The translations under genes and the position numbers were made by a program. From an uncultured virus (IMG/VR IMGVR_UViG_2675903408_000004) (lineage: Duplodnaviria; Heunggongvirae; Uroviricota; Caudoviricetes), in the IMG/VR virus record IMGVR_UViG_2675903408_000004, positions 1 to 64,000 of that record: DNA of 64,000 bases. One strand, written 5' to 3'. How positions within the stretch are numbered: the first letter of the stretch is position 1; each line of letters starts with the position of its first letter. This document shows positions 40,262 to 49,258 of the stretch, piece by piece. Under the pieces are notes generated by a model. It had not been told where the DNA came from, ran no database searches, and saw nothing but the letters and a program-made list of their open reading frames with translations.

Positions 40262-41915
40262 GTGTTTTATTTACGTACAATAAGCTCCTTCGGAAGCCCG
40301 ATGATCCGAAGCATCGGTAACGTCCGAAAAGGGGATATAAAGGAGATGAAAAGATAAGTCGGATAGGCGTTGGGGAAACGCCCGAAGGAGACTATTGATA
40401 ACTTGCGTACCGGAAGGATCGTAAGCACATTCCGGCTGATCGGTAAAGTAAAACGCAAGCACAAAAAGGCCTTCTAGCAATTTAGATGACCTTGTTCTGA
40501 CTGCATCCTAACCCCGTTTCACCTACGTCAGTAGCTCACGTAGGAACGCAAGCCTTCAGATCGACAGGGAATAAACTGATTACGGGTTCAGCGACTGAAA
40601 CCTTTGTAGTCGACAAACTATAAGTAAGCCGAAAATAACAAAAGACGCCAAATAACGTCTTCAGAAACTCTTTGTACATCATGGTACATGAGCATAAAAG
40701 GCTGGTTATCTCTGTGCGAAATCCAGCTGGCTCCTTCTACACATGGCAGATGAGCTATGACAACAAATAATACACACTTCCTGGAATGTGTTTAAAGTTC
40801 CTATTACCTACATCTTATATATCAAGTTTTTATGTTGCTCGCCAACTGCTCAGCAGAGTCTGAGAGCCGAGGGAAAAATAATTTGAGAAGGAAAGACCCT
40901 AATAAGCCTTCTCAATGGCATTTTTAGTCTCTCTTGTCAGGTTACACGCCTTATTGAGAAATAAAGCGTCTCAAACGCTCGCCATTTATTTTGCACAGTT
41001 TTCTCTGACCCGTGTAAGGAGGTATGTGCATGGGAAAGGTGAGTCTCCATACAGAACATTGAAGGAGAAGTAGCGAATAAAATAGCGAATGTGTTGCTAA
41101 GTCAAATTGAAAAGGCAAGACCGAAAGCGGTGATCAAGCGCCCAAAAACCATTTCACTTATTTTACGAGGGTATGTAATTACAAAGCCTCGCTAACCCGG
41201 AAAAATTTTTATGTGGCCGCATAATAAGCATCAAAGCTTACAAGGGCATTATTTAAAGGGAAGGGAGACGCATCTACCTTACCTAAGTGCAAGCCGAAGC
41301 AATACACCGCAATTAATATTCAGGCTATATGCCACCCATAATAAGACCCTGATGGGATTCAGTCGCAATTTGCATTAATGCGTTAAGTCTTATCGGCATA
41401 TTTAGCCCGATAATAGCCATTTACCTGTCTCTTTTAGATACAGTCATCCGAGTTAACCTCGAACCCTCATAAATGACCATTATCCGACTAACTACAATGA
41501 CCAGTTGTAGCTGTAAAGTCGAATTTAATGCTTTTGTTCGTATGAAAGTGAGAATAGCAATGTTTAGAAAAAGCTTCATCCACGATGGGGCAATACTCCC
41601 GCTAATATCCACTTATCCGAAACCCTGGCATTCCAAGTCCTCAAACAAATGAATATTAGCGGAGAACTGATATCCCACATATCAGTAAACAGCTTATTAT
41701 TGACGATACCCCCATGCCATCAATAAAAGAACTCTAATTAATTAACCTGGAGATGAATGCGGGAGAGGATTTGCACCTCTCATGGATGACAATTCGCCAA
41801 CTATTAGTATTCTCTTGAAGGTTGGCCTCGAGATTCCCGAAGGTCAGTCATACCACCTCGATCTACGCGTTTACCTTTTTCGCCACCGCATTCTAGGGAA
41901 AAGGGAGGAAGGATA
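40262..41915 (-). ncRNA. Putative large structured non-coding RNA region (one long RNA or several)
   Basis: ~1.65 kb with no credible ORF, more GC-rich than flanking intergenic DNA, many nested stems, UUCG loops and hairpin+U-tracts on the minus strand. Confidence 0.6.
41755..41893 (-). ncRNA. tRNA-like structure with expanded anticodon/variable region
   Basis: Acceptor GAATGCGG/CCGCATTC; D-arm TG-GCG-AAAAAGGTAAA-CGC; T-arm GAGAGG-TGCAAAT-CCTCTC. Confidence 0.6.
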
Positions 41916-41920
41916 CTTTA

Positions 41921-42196
41921 TTAAGCTTTCACTGCGTCTTTTAGAGCTTTTGCAGCTTTGAAGGCAGGTGCCTTAGTAGCTGGAATATCAATTTCCTCAC
42001 CCGATTGTGGATTTCTCCCTTTACGAGCTGCACGTTCACGAACTTCAAACGTTCCAACTCCTGGAATCTTGATTGATTCACCTTTTGTGAGTGTTTCAAC
42101 GATCACATTAAATACTGCTTCTACTTTCGGCGCAGCTTCTTTCTTAGTAACTCCTAATTTTTCTGCAACTTCTCCAACAAATTCTGTTTTGTTCAT
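41921..42196 (-). CDS. yonN: HU-like DNA-binding protein (HBsu homologue)
   Basis: MNKTE...GTFEVRERAARKGRNPQSGEEI...PAFKA. Confidence 0.95.
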   Translation of the reverse strand: MNKTEFVGEVAEKLGVTKKEAAPKVEAVFNVIVETLTKGESIKIPGVGTFEVRERAARKGRNPQSGEEIDIPATKAPAFKAAKALKDAVKA

Positions 42197-42453
42197 GTTT
42201 TAATTCCTCCTAGTGATATTGTTTATTTTTGTGTTAAAGTATAATTACGGTAACGTTTATGCTTCTTTTGAAAAACGGGAGACGTACTCACCCTTATATG
42301 TGGAAATTAGCTTTCTTTCTCCCTTATGGCGATTATCTCAAAAGTGGCTTTCAGACCAGTCATATCAAGGGTTCAAGGCGCTTTTTTCGTTAAACTTTTT
42401 CCGGTAAAATCGCTGTACCCCTTGGGGGAGTAAGGCTCAGGGCACTTTCTATT

Positions 42454-44970
42454 CTAGGACATTCTTTGTTTTCTTTTGCTATTCCTCCAAGAGGTTCTGA
42501 GTTTTTCCTTAGAGCATTTGTCACATAACTTCTTTTTATTTGATTTGGTTTTATATAGTTTATTGCATGATAAACAAATTTTGGTTGATTTTAAATTGAC
42601 TTCTAGGTTTTTAAGAATGTTTTCACCGAAACACTCCCACAAAGTTGCCTTAAACTTACTCTTTTTCTTGTATAGGTGCTTAACTAAAACATCAGTAACA
42701 TATTGCTCGTCTTGATGAATCTTCAATAACCTGTCTTTAATGACCTTATAGACATAAAGTTTTTGTCCAGGCTTAATGTCTTCATCATTCATGAGCCATT
42801 TCTTGTTTTGGTCTAATCGTTTGTATTCACGAATAATTGTATCGTCCAATTTAATCTCCCTGCTCTTGAGCAGGAAGCGATAATCAAATTTTCCTGCCAC
42901 TGCTGCGAAATTAATTCGGTCAGAAGGGATAATGGAGTCTAACTTATTTACTGTGCTTTCATTTATTAACTCAACGCTATGTTCTTCTTTATCCTTTGCA
43001 TTGATGAAGAAGTGGGGGACTTTATTTTTTATGTAATCTTTGATTTTTTCATCAACATGATCAGGGCGGGTAGGCATGAATAAGGTTTTTGCAAAATCGA
43101 TAGTAAAGTTATTTTCCATGCATAACCATTTGATCACGTCCAGATTTATATTGTCACTGTTCCATATCTTAGTGATGTTGTTGCTGTACTCCCCGATATT
43201 GATCCCATAAGCAAGAGTTAGTGCTTCATAGATGTTCCTGCTATTAATCTCCTGTTTCTGGGCTACTGACATTTCATAATACAAAGGAACGATGTTTTCC
43301 ATATTACGCTTGGCAATATTGACGATTAACTCATCAGAAATAATTAAGGCCTTATCCCCGTCATTGTCAAACTGCAACAACTTAGATATCGGATCATGAA
43401 TGCTTGTGTAAACACCTGGGGTAATGAACCACTTTTCATATTTCTCATCTTTTTTGTTCCACCTAACTCCATGCTCTCTGTATAGGTGAGGGGAGCGGAG
43501 GATATCAATATACCCTTCATCATATAAAGAACAATGGACATTGCTTCCTGAAAGCAGTCCTTTCGGATTCTGAATTCCAAGAAACAATCTTTCACAAAAA
43601 GCATATAGATCAGGACATAAATATGTATACCTAGCATCACTGACAAGTAATTTTCCTGATTTGGCGTCCTTAATCATACTCTTCTTCTTATTCTTAATGA
43701 TTTCTTTGGTGTGATCATCATTTAGCAGCTCAGGATATATTAGAAGAGCTTCTTGAAGGCTTGTTTTATGTTTATTTTTCTCGGTAGCCCCCAAAACTTT
43801 CATCATTGTTTCTTTATCAGTGCCTAATTGAGTAATCTCACTAACAGTTTTTGAGCTGATTTGTTTCAATTCCTCATCTGTGATATCAGTGAGTGTTTGT
43901 AGCATCTGGTAAGTCAGTTTTCCCTCAACAGATGGATCTTCTTCATTTAATTTAGCTCCTAAACATCCATACTTTTTAAATTTAGAGCGATAATCATCCC
44001 AAGAATCATAGTACTTCCACATCTTAAACTGGCTTTTCGTAAAAATTATTTGGATATCATCTTTAATAATGTCCCATTCTTTACCGTAGACGTCCTTAAC
44101 TATAAATGAACTGTGTTTTTCAGCAAACTTTCTAAAATCAAATGGAACTAGTAGACCCTTAACCCAAGGCAATCTGACCATAAAGCTTTTCTGGCTCAAA
44201 CTAGGAAGCATCATTCCACAACCATCTGTATGTTCTATAGGAATATCCATAATCTTACGTGTGATTTCATATGTATCCCTGTCAATATAATCAACTAGGC
44301 TGGAAACATTTGTTTCTAAGTCATTTACGACAATTGCTTTATCAATTTCAATTTCCCATGGACTGCTGGCGCTATTCGATAAGGCCATGTAGCTATTCCA
44401 TTTGTTTATGCTGCTTCCACCTTGAGCATTGATATGCTCCACACTAAGACCACAAGTTAAAGCATTTTGATACTTATCTAAGGTGCTTTTTTTGATAAAA
44501 CAAGATTTTTTTGTTCTTATTTGACCGGCACTGCTAGTGAAATAAACGTATTTCTCATTGTTATGTATGAATCCTTTATCAATAATGTCCCTTAAAATTT
44601 GAAAGTGATAAGTTTGGACAACCATGATCTCTTCAGAGAGAGAGTTTTCTTTGATTCCCAGCGTTCGAGTTAAGACTGAATCAAATAATGAAATCACATT
44701 ATTATCTTTCAGAGAATCTGTTCTAAGTGTTCTTATTTGAATATGATCGTTAAAGGCGTTATAAAGCTTTTCTTTTAAGGAAATAATCCTTTGCGTTATG
44801 TACTTCTTATGTTTTTTATCAACATGTTCAAGTTTTTTGAGATGTTCTCTGTACCTATATGATTTTAAAATCTTGTTATGTAATTTGTTTTCTTGATCAT
44901 TATAAAAAGCAGAAGTATCAATACTGTAAATATGTACTTGCTTATTAAGACCGTCTTTTTTTCCTTTCAA
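42454..44970 (-). CDS. yonO: Single-subunit RNA polymerase for late genes
   Basis: RSPH and DNDGD catalytic motifs, C-terminal CxxC-CxxC; 838 aa. Confidence 0.93.
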   Translation of the reverse strand: MKGKKDGLNKQVHIYSIDTSAFYNDQENKLHNKILKSYRYREHLKKLEHVDKKHKKYITQRIISLKEKLYNAFNDHIQIRTLRTDSLKDNNVISLFDSVLTRTLGIKENSLSEEIMVVQTYHFQILRDIIDKGFIHNNEKYVYFTSSAGQIRTKKSCFIKKSTLDKYQNALTCGLSVEHINAQGGSSINKWNSYMALSNSASSPWEIEIDKAIVVNDLETNVSSLVDYIDRDTYEITRKIMDIPIEHTDGCGMMLPSLSQKSFMVRLPWVKGLLVPFDFRKFAEKHSSFIVKDVYGKEWDIIKDDIQIIFTKSQFKMWKYYDSWDDYRSKFKKYGCLGAKLNEEDPSVEGKLTYQMLQTLTDITDEELKQISSKTVSEITQLGTDKETMMKVLGATEKNKHKTSLQEALLIYPELLNDDHTKEIIKNKKKSMIKDAKSGKLLVSDARYTYLCPDLYAFCERLFLGIQNPKGLLSGSNVHCSLYDEGYIDILRSPHLYREHGVRWNKKDEKYEKWFITPGVYTSIHDPISKLLQFDNDGDKALIISDELIVNIAKRNMENIVPLYYEMSVAQKQEINSRNIYEALTLAYGINIGEYSNNITKIWNSDNINLDVIKWLCMENNFTIDFAKTLFMPTRPDHVDEKIKDYIKNKVPHFFINAKDKEEHSVELINESTVNKLDSIIPSDRINFAAVAGKFDYRFLLKSREIKLDDTIIREYKRLDQNKKWLMNDEDIKPGQKLYVYKVIKDRLLKIHQDEQYVTDVLVKHLYKKKSKFKATLWECFGENILKNLEVNLKSTKICLSCNKLYKTKSNKKKLCDKCSKEKLRTSWRNSKRKQRMS

Positions 44971-45014
44971 TAAATTCTCCCCTTGTAAATTAATAAACTA
45001 TTTTATTTTTATTC

Positions 45015-45194
45015 TTAATAACTACTCTTTAAATATTGAGACACTAAATTTCTGTATGTATGACTTTTTTTATTAACTGTTCCGTACCACAAATAGTCTT
45101 GATAAAGGTTTTCTTCTTCTGGTGTTGCTGTTTCATTAATAACTTTAGTTTCAAGAAAACCAATTAAGTTACTAAACATATACTGTTTTTTCAT
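45015..45194 (-). CDS. 59-aa hypothetical protein upstream of yonO (YonP-like)
   Basis: SD GGAGGTGA; manual translation MKKQYMFSNLIGFLETKV...LKSSY. Confidence 0.7.
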   Translation of the reverse strand: MKKQYMFSNLIGFLETKVINETATPEEENLYQDYLWYGTVNKKSHTYRNLVSQYLKSSY

Positions 45195-45271
45195 TCAATC
45201 ACCTCCATTAGTAATGTTATTTTTATTCTAAATAAAAATAATAAAAATTCCTGTGTTTAGCAGGTGACTTG

Positions 45272-45300
45272 ATTATATATTTTATTTTTATTCTTGTAAA
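45272..45300 (-). promoter_or_regulatory. sigmaA promoter for the yonO operon with a repeated motif in the spacer
   Basis: TTTACA-17-TATAAT; spacer contains AGAATAAAAATAAAAT. Confidence 0.7.
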
Positions 45301-45395
45301 CATTAATTTCAAAAATTTTTAATTTCAGATGTATTATCGAAACTAATAGGCGATATATGCGTATTAAGTTTGTTAATAAAAAGGGGAAGAAGATT

Positions 45396-45566
45396 ATGAA
45401 AAATAGAAAGAAATACTACATGATTATGTTGCCGTCACTAATCTTAGCTATTTTAGTATCTTACATGCTTCCAACTGGGCAAAAGTATTGGGGGCTGTCT
45501 GTCATCCTAATTGGATGGGTGGTTTACTACTTTACTAAGCAAACAAATAAGAAAAGGGGTAATTAA
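45396..45566 (+). CDS. Small two-TM membrane protein
   Basis: SD AAAGGGG; two hydrophobic segments. Confidence 0.6.
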   Translation: MKNRKKYYMIMLPSLILAILVSYMLPTGQKYWGLSVILIGWVVYYFTKQTNKKRGN

Positions 45567-46067
45567 ATGTTCTCACTGGAAGACTATATCAAAACAGTTA
45601 AGCAAAATCTCGATCAACACTCAATTTTATTAGCAAGGGAAATCAAAAAAACAATCAACTACAATTTTTATATTGATATTGATTTAGTGGACTACATTGC
45701 CTTTATTGATCCAACAAGATTTGAGATATCAATAAGAATGTTTTCAATGGATAAAGAGGCAAGAGAAGTGTTTTATGAAGGAGAAGACAAAACAATTTTT
45801 TCAGGGAGCACTCAAGTTATACCTGATATTAAGTATTTTCAACTATCTAGGGAGAATAAAAAGGAATTTGATGAGTTTTATGAAAACAACGATATTGAAA
45901 TAGAAAGGGAAGAACATAAAGCATTCACAGAGTGGTTTTATGAGTGTTGGAAAGCAGCTCAAGGTCATAAAATGAACTTGCCTTCATACTTTGTTATTCA
46001 TGATGATTATAAATCATTGGATTTACGGGCAAATAAATGGATATCAGATGATGAAAAGTGGGAATAG
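45567..46067 (+). CDS. Acidic protein, possibly YokJ-like toxin immunity protein
   Basis: 166 aa, acidic, WFYECWKAA motif typical of immunity families; YokJ resemblance from memory only. Confidence 0.5.
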   Translation: MFSLEDYIKTVKQNLDQHSILLAREIKKTINYNFYIDIDLVDYIAFIDPTRFEISIRMFSMDKEAREVFYEGEDKTIFSGSTQVIPDIKYFQLSRENKKEFDEFYENNDIEIEREEHKAFTEWFYECWKAAQGHKMNLPSYFVIHDDYKSLDLRANKWISDDEKWE

Positions 46068-46081
46068 ACACAAGAAAAGGT

Positions 46082-46108
46082 GGTGATCGAATTAAGATCA
46101 CCTTTTTT
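46082..46108 (+). terminator. Intrinsic terminator
   Basis: GGTGATC-GAATTAA-GATCACC-TTTTTT. Confidence 0.75.
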
Positions 46109-46707
46109 ATTTTGGATTTGGTTTGCATATCGTAATGTTATTTGCACGAAAAACATGTTTATCGTAAAAATTTATAAAGGGCTAAAAAAGACAGTAAACA
46201 TAAGGATATTTGATACTTTAATTAGTGAATAGGGGGCAAACGATCGTAAAACGTAAGTGAGAGTAGGGGAAAGAAGTCGTTTTAAGGAGAAATTGATGAA
46301 AAAGGAGAAATTTGTATAGGGGAAAATGTTGATATAAAAGGCTTTTACGATAGCGATTACGATGTGAAAAAGGACGATTTAATGTGAAATTGGGAAAATG
46401 AAATTTTGGATAGGGTGTGGAAATGGAAGTGCTATGGGCACATTCGTTCCCTTGATTTCACCATTAGATGTAAATGTACCCCCATATAATGGTAGTGAAA
46501 ACCCTATATAATATACCTTATGTAGGGAATTCCTTAATCCTATTTATTCAACACAGCTTTAACATAATTCCAGGCCAAACACAAGAATAAATTTTAAAAA
46601 ATAAATTGGTCGGTAATATAAAAATGAATAACCGTTCATTAAAGATAATCGTATTTATAACGAATCCGAGGGAATCGAAGACATATTTATTTTTATCCTC
46701 ATCACTA

Positions 46708-46752
46708 TACATAACCATATCTTACATAACCATATCTTATATAATCATATAT
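46708..46752. repeat. 15-bp tandem repeat, 2 exact and 1 degenerate copy
   Basis: TACATAACCATATCT x2 then TATATAATCATATAT. Confidence 0.8.
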
Positions 46753-46907
46753 CCTTCGCATATTACTCAACACACACGCTCTCAGAATAAATATAATATC
46801 TATCTAATCCATCCTATATTCATCCCAATACATTGCTATCATAACAGCTAAACCATCATACAGACCAATTAAAGTATCATCACATTCACCAACAAAATAT
46901 AATTATT

Positions 46908-46951
46908 TAGAGTAAAAATAAAATGACTTTATAGGTTAACTATGTTATAAT
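46908..46951 (+). promoter_or_regulatory. sigmaA promoter of yonT with upstream repeated motif
   Basis: TAGAGTAAAAATAAAAT overlapping ATGACT-17-TGnTATAAT. Confidence 0.65.
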
Positions 46952-46978
46952 AGAGTCATAGGAAAGGAGGTGTACATA

Positions 46979-47155
46979 GTGCTTGAGAAAGTGGGTATCA
47001 TAGTTGCTTTCCTCATATCTTTAACGGTTCTTACAATCAACAGTCTAACAATAGTTGAGAAGATAAGAAACCTAAAGAATGGGACAAGCAAAAAGAAAAA
47101 GCGTATACGCAAGCGACTCCGTAGCAAGAGACAACGCAAACGTATACGCAGATGA
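46979..47155 (+). CDS. yonT: Type I toxin YonT (58 aa)
   Basis: SD AAAGGAGG then GTG 46979; single TM helix and basic C-terminus. Confidence 0.88.
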   Translation: MLEKVGIIVAFLISLTVLTINSLTIVEKIRNLKNGTSKKKKRIRKRLRSKRQRKRIRR

Positions 47156-47195
47156 GTACCAAGCTAAAGGGGAATGAACTTCTCCTTTAGTTCTA
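47091..47195 (-). ncRNA. Antisense antitoxin RNA (SR6-like)
   Basis: Minus-strand TTTACA-16-TGnTATAAT (47228-47201); hairpin CTAAAGG/CCTTTAG; GCGTATACG stem plus U-tract overlapping the yonT 3' end. Confidence 0.7.
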
Positions 47196-47208
47196 CCCAT
47201 ATTATAAC

Positions 47209-47424
47209 ATGATCAAGCACATTGTAAACATGAAACGATTCTCACTATGGTTTACCCATATCACATTCATTGGCTTATTCTTAATGTTTCAGCTCATCAA
47301 AGATTACTTCAGCAGCGAAGGAAAGGCACTAATCAACACAATTTTTGTAGTCACATGTATCATTGCCATACTGTTATGGATCATCTATTTTGTATTCCTT
47401 AAACTAAGAAACAAGTCACACTAA
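47209..47424 (+). CDS. yoyJ: YoyJ-like small membrane protein
   Basis: Two TM segments; downstream of yonT; start uncertain. Confidence 0.65.
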   Translation: MIKHIVNMKRFSLWFTHITFIGLFLMFQLIKDYFSSEGKALINTIFVVTCIIAILLWIIYFVFLKLRNKSH

Positions 47425-47468
47425 GCATATAGGCCTCATGGTATAATTAAATCATTGAGGTGAGATGA

Positions 47469-47627
47469 GTGGAGAAAAAATTCCTGGATGCTATTCGGCA
47501 GCTTGCTAAGGAATTAGAAATGCTCAAGAAAGATATTGACTCCATCAAGAAAACAACTGACAGAATTGATTCAGACCTTTTAGAGTACAGAGAAGAGATA
47601 AGCAAAGTTAAACAACATGAACCTTGA
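47469..47627 (+). CDS. yonU: YonU-like coiled-coil peptide (52 aa)
   Basis: SD GAGGTGA; manual translation MEKKFLDAIRQLAKELEMLKKDIDSIKK... Confidence 0.7.
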   Translation: MEKKFLDAIRQLAKELEMLKKDIDSIKKTTDRIDSDLLEYREEISKVKQHEP

Positions 47628-47714
47628 ACACACCAGTTAAATATCAAACTGTAAATAAGGAGCGGTAAATATTTATCGTTCCTTTATTTTAATTAAATCA
47701 AAAGGAGATGCTAA

Positions 47715-48932
47715 ATGAATAAAGTTAAAGTAGTTGATTCCATAATGGGATCTGGTAAGACATCAGCAGCTATTAACTACATGAACAACGCTAACCCAGA
47801 AGATAACTTTATATTTGTCACACCTTATCTTAATGAGGTTGAGCGGATAAAGAAAAGTGTAACCAACAGACAAATGTATGAACCTAAAGTAAGAACAAAA
47901 GGGGATAAGACTCAATATAAATTTGAATCACTTCATGAACTCTTATCACAGAATAAAAACATAGTTGCAACCCATAACTTATTTAAGAACGCAAACGATG
48001 AAACAAAAGAGCTTATCCTTTCAGGTAACTATACTTTAATATTAGATGAGGTTATGGAAGTAGTTGAGCAGCTACAAGTGAAGACACATGATCTTACAAC
48101 ACTATTTGATTCTAATCTTATCTATGTTGAAGATGGATTTGTTAAATGGAACGAAGATAAAAGGGATTATGAGACACGTTACAATGACATTAGAGATATG
48201 GCATTGAACAATAATCTTGTGTATTTTAAAGACAGTATATTGATTTGGAACTTTCCAGCTGAGGTATTCAAATTGTTTAAAGAGGTTTACATATTAACTT
48301 ACATGTTTGATGCTCAGATACAAAGGTATTACTATGATGTGAATGGAATTGCTTATGAAAAATATGTGTCATCCTACATAGATGGGGAATACCGGTTCAC
48401 TCAATACAATAAGGACTTTGAGAACAACGTTAAGGAAATGATCCGTAATAAGATTAAAATATATGAAGGTAACTTAAATGCTGTAGGCCAGTTAGATTAT
48501 TCATTGTCGTCAACCTGGTATAAAGATAAGTCACCTTATACAATCAAAAAAGTAAAGAACAATGTATTCAATTACTTTAACAACATTGTTAAGTCATCAA
48601 GCGATGAAGCTATGTGGACGACTTATTCAGAACATAAGAATAAAATAAAAGGTAATGGATATACAAAAGGCTTTGTTTCCTGTAATGCACGTGCTACAAA
48701 TGAGTTTAAGCATAAGAAACATTTAGCTTATACAATAAATAGATACGTTAATACAATCCTTTATAGTTACTTTAAGAATAAATATAATATTACAATTGAT
48801 CAGGATTTGTTTGCTTTATCTGAATTAGTGCAGTGGATATGGAGGTCAGGTATAAGAGATGGTAAAGAAATAACATTATTCATTCCATCTTTAAGGATGA
48901 GGAAGCTGCTTTTAGAATGGTTAAATGAATAG
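47715..48932 (+). CDS. yonV: P-loop SF2 helicase-like protein
   Basis: DSIMGSGKTS Walker A, LILDEV Walker B, QWIWRSGIR motif VI-like. Confidence 0.8.
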   Translation: MNKVKVVDSIMGSGKTSAAINYMNNANPEDNFIFVTPYLNEVERIKKSVTNRQMYEPKVRTKGDKTQYKFESLHELLSQNKNIVATHNLFKNANDETKELILSGNYTLILDEVMEVVEQLQVKTHDLTTLFDSNLIYVEDGFVKWNEDKRDYETRYNDIRDMALNNNLVYFKDSILIWNFPAEVFKLFKEVYILTYMFDAQIQRYYYDVNGIAYEKYVSSYIDGEYRFTQYNKDFENNVKEMIRNKIKIYEGNLNAVGQLDYSLSSTWYKDKSPYTIKKVKNNVFNYFNNIVKSSSDEAMWTTYSEHKNKIKGNGYTKGFVSCNARATNEFKHKKHLAYTINRYVNTILYSYFKNKYNITIDQDLFALSELVQWIWRSGIRDGKEITLFIPSLRMRKLLLEWLNE

Positions 48933-49125
48933 GTTAATAGAACAAACCTCTTAAACTTTGAAAAAAAGTCAGTCATATCAAGGGTTTCAGAGCCTAAGTC
49001 TTTAGGGAAAGGGTATAAAAATAAATTTTAAAAAGGAGAACATTTTAAGTACATACGTCCGTAAAGAAGGGCGCTTTACGTCCGGTTTTGTTCAGCAAGC
49101 TGAACGAAAACTTATATAAATTCAT

Positions 49126-49176
49126 TAGAATAAAAATAAAATAACCATTGATAATTTATAGTGATCATGTTATACT
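49126..49176 (+). promoter_or_regulatory. sigmaA early promoter with upstream repeated motif
   Basis: TAGAATAAAAATAAAAT then TTGATA-17-TGnTATACT. Confidence 0.75.
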
Positions 49177-49258
49177 TAAAACAAGTTAAGGGGATAAGAA
49201 ATTATTACATGAAATTAGAATAAAAATAATATTACTATGATGAATGGAGAGGTTGAAA

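Noticed and set aside
40580..40615. GGTTCAGCGACTG...TAGTCG resembling group I intron P7 elements
   Set aside because: The halves are too close to hold P8 or other core domains, and no interrupted gene flanks them.
40267..41612. Short ORFs 40267-40464, 40271-40480 and 41421-41612
   Set aside because: No convincing SD, atypical composition, and they overlap strong RNA stems; better explained as non-coding.
41755..41893. Canonical tRNA gene call
   Set aside because: No 7-nt anticodon loop, T-loop reads TGCAAAT, and CCA is not at the canonical position; reported as tRNA-like only.
46708..46752. Possible CRISPR-like array
   Set aside because: Contiguous 15-bp tandem units with no spacers and no cas genes in the window.
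46606..46851. 81-aa ORF in the C-rich non-coding region
   Set aside because: Low-complexity product arising from the tandem repeat; no SD.
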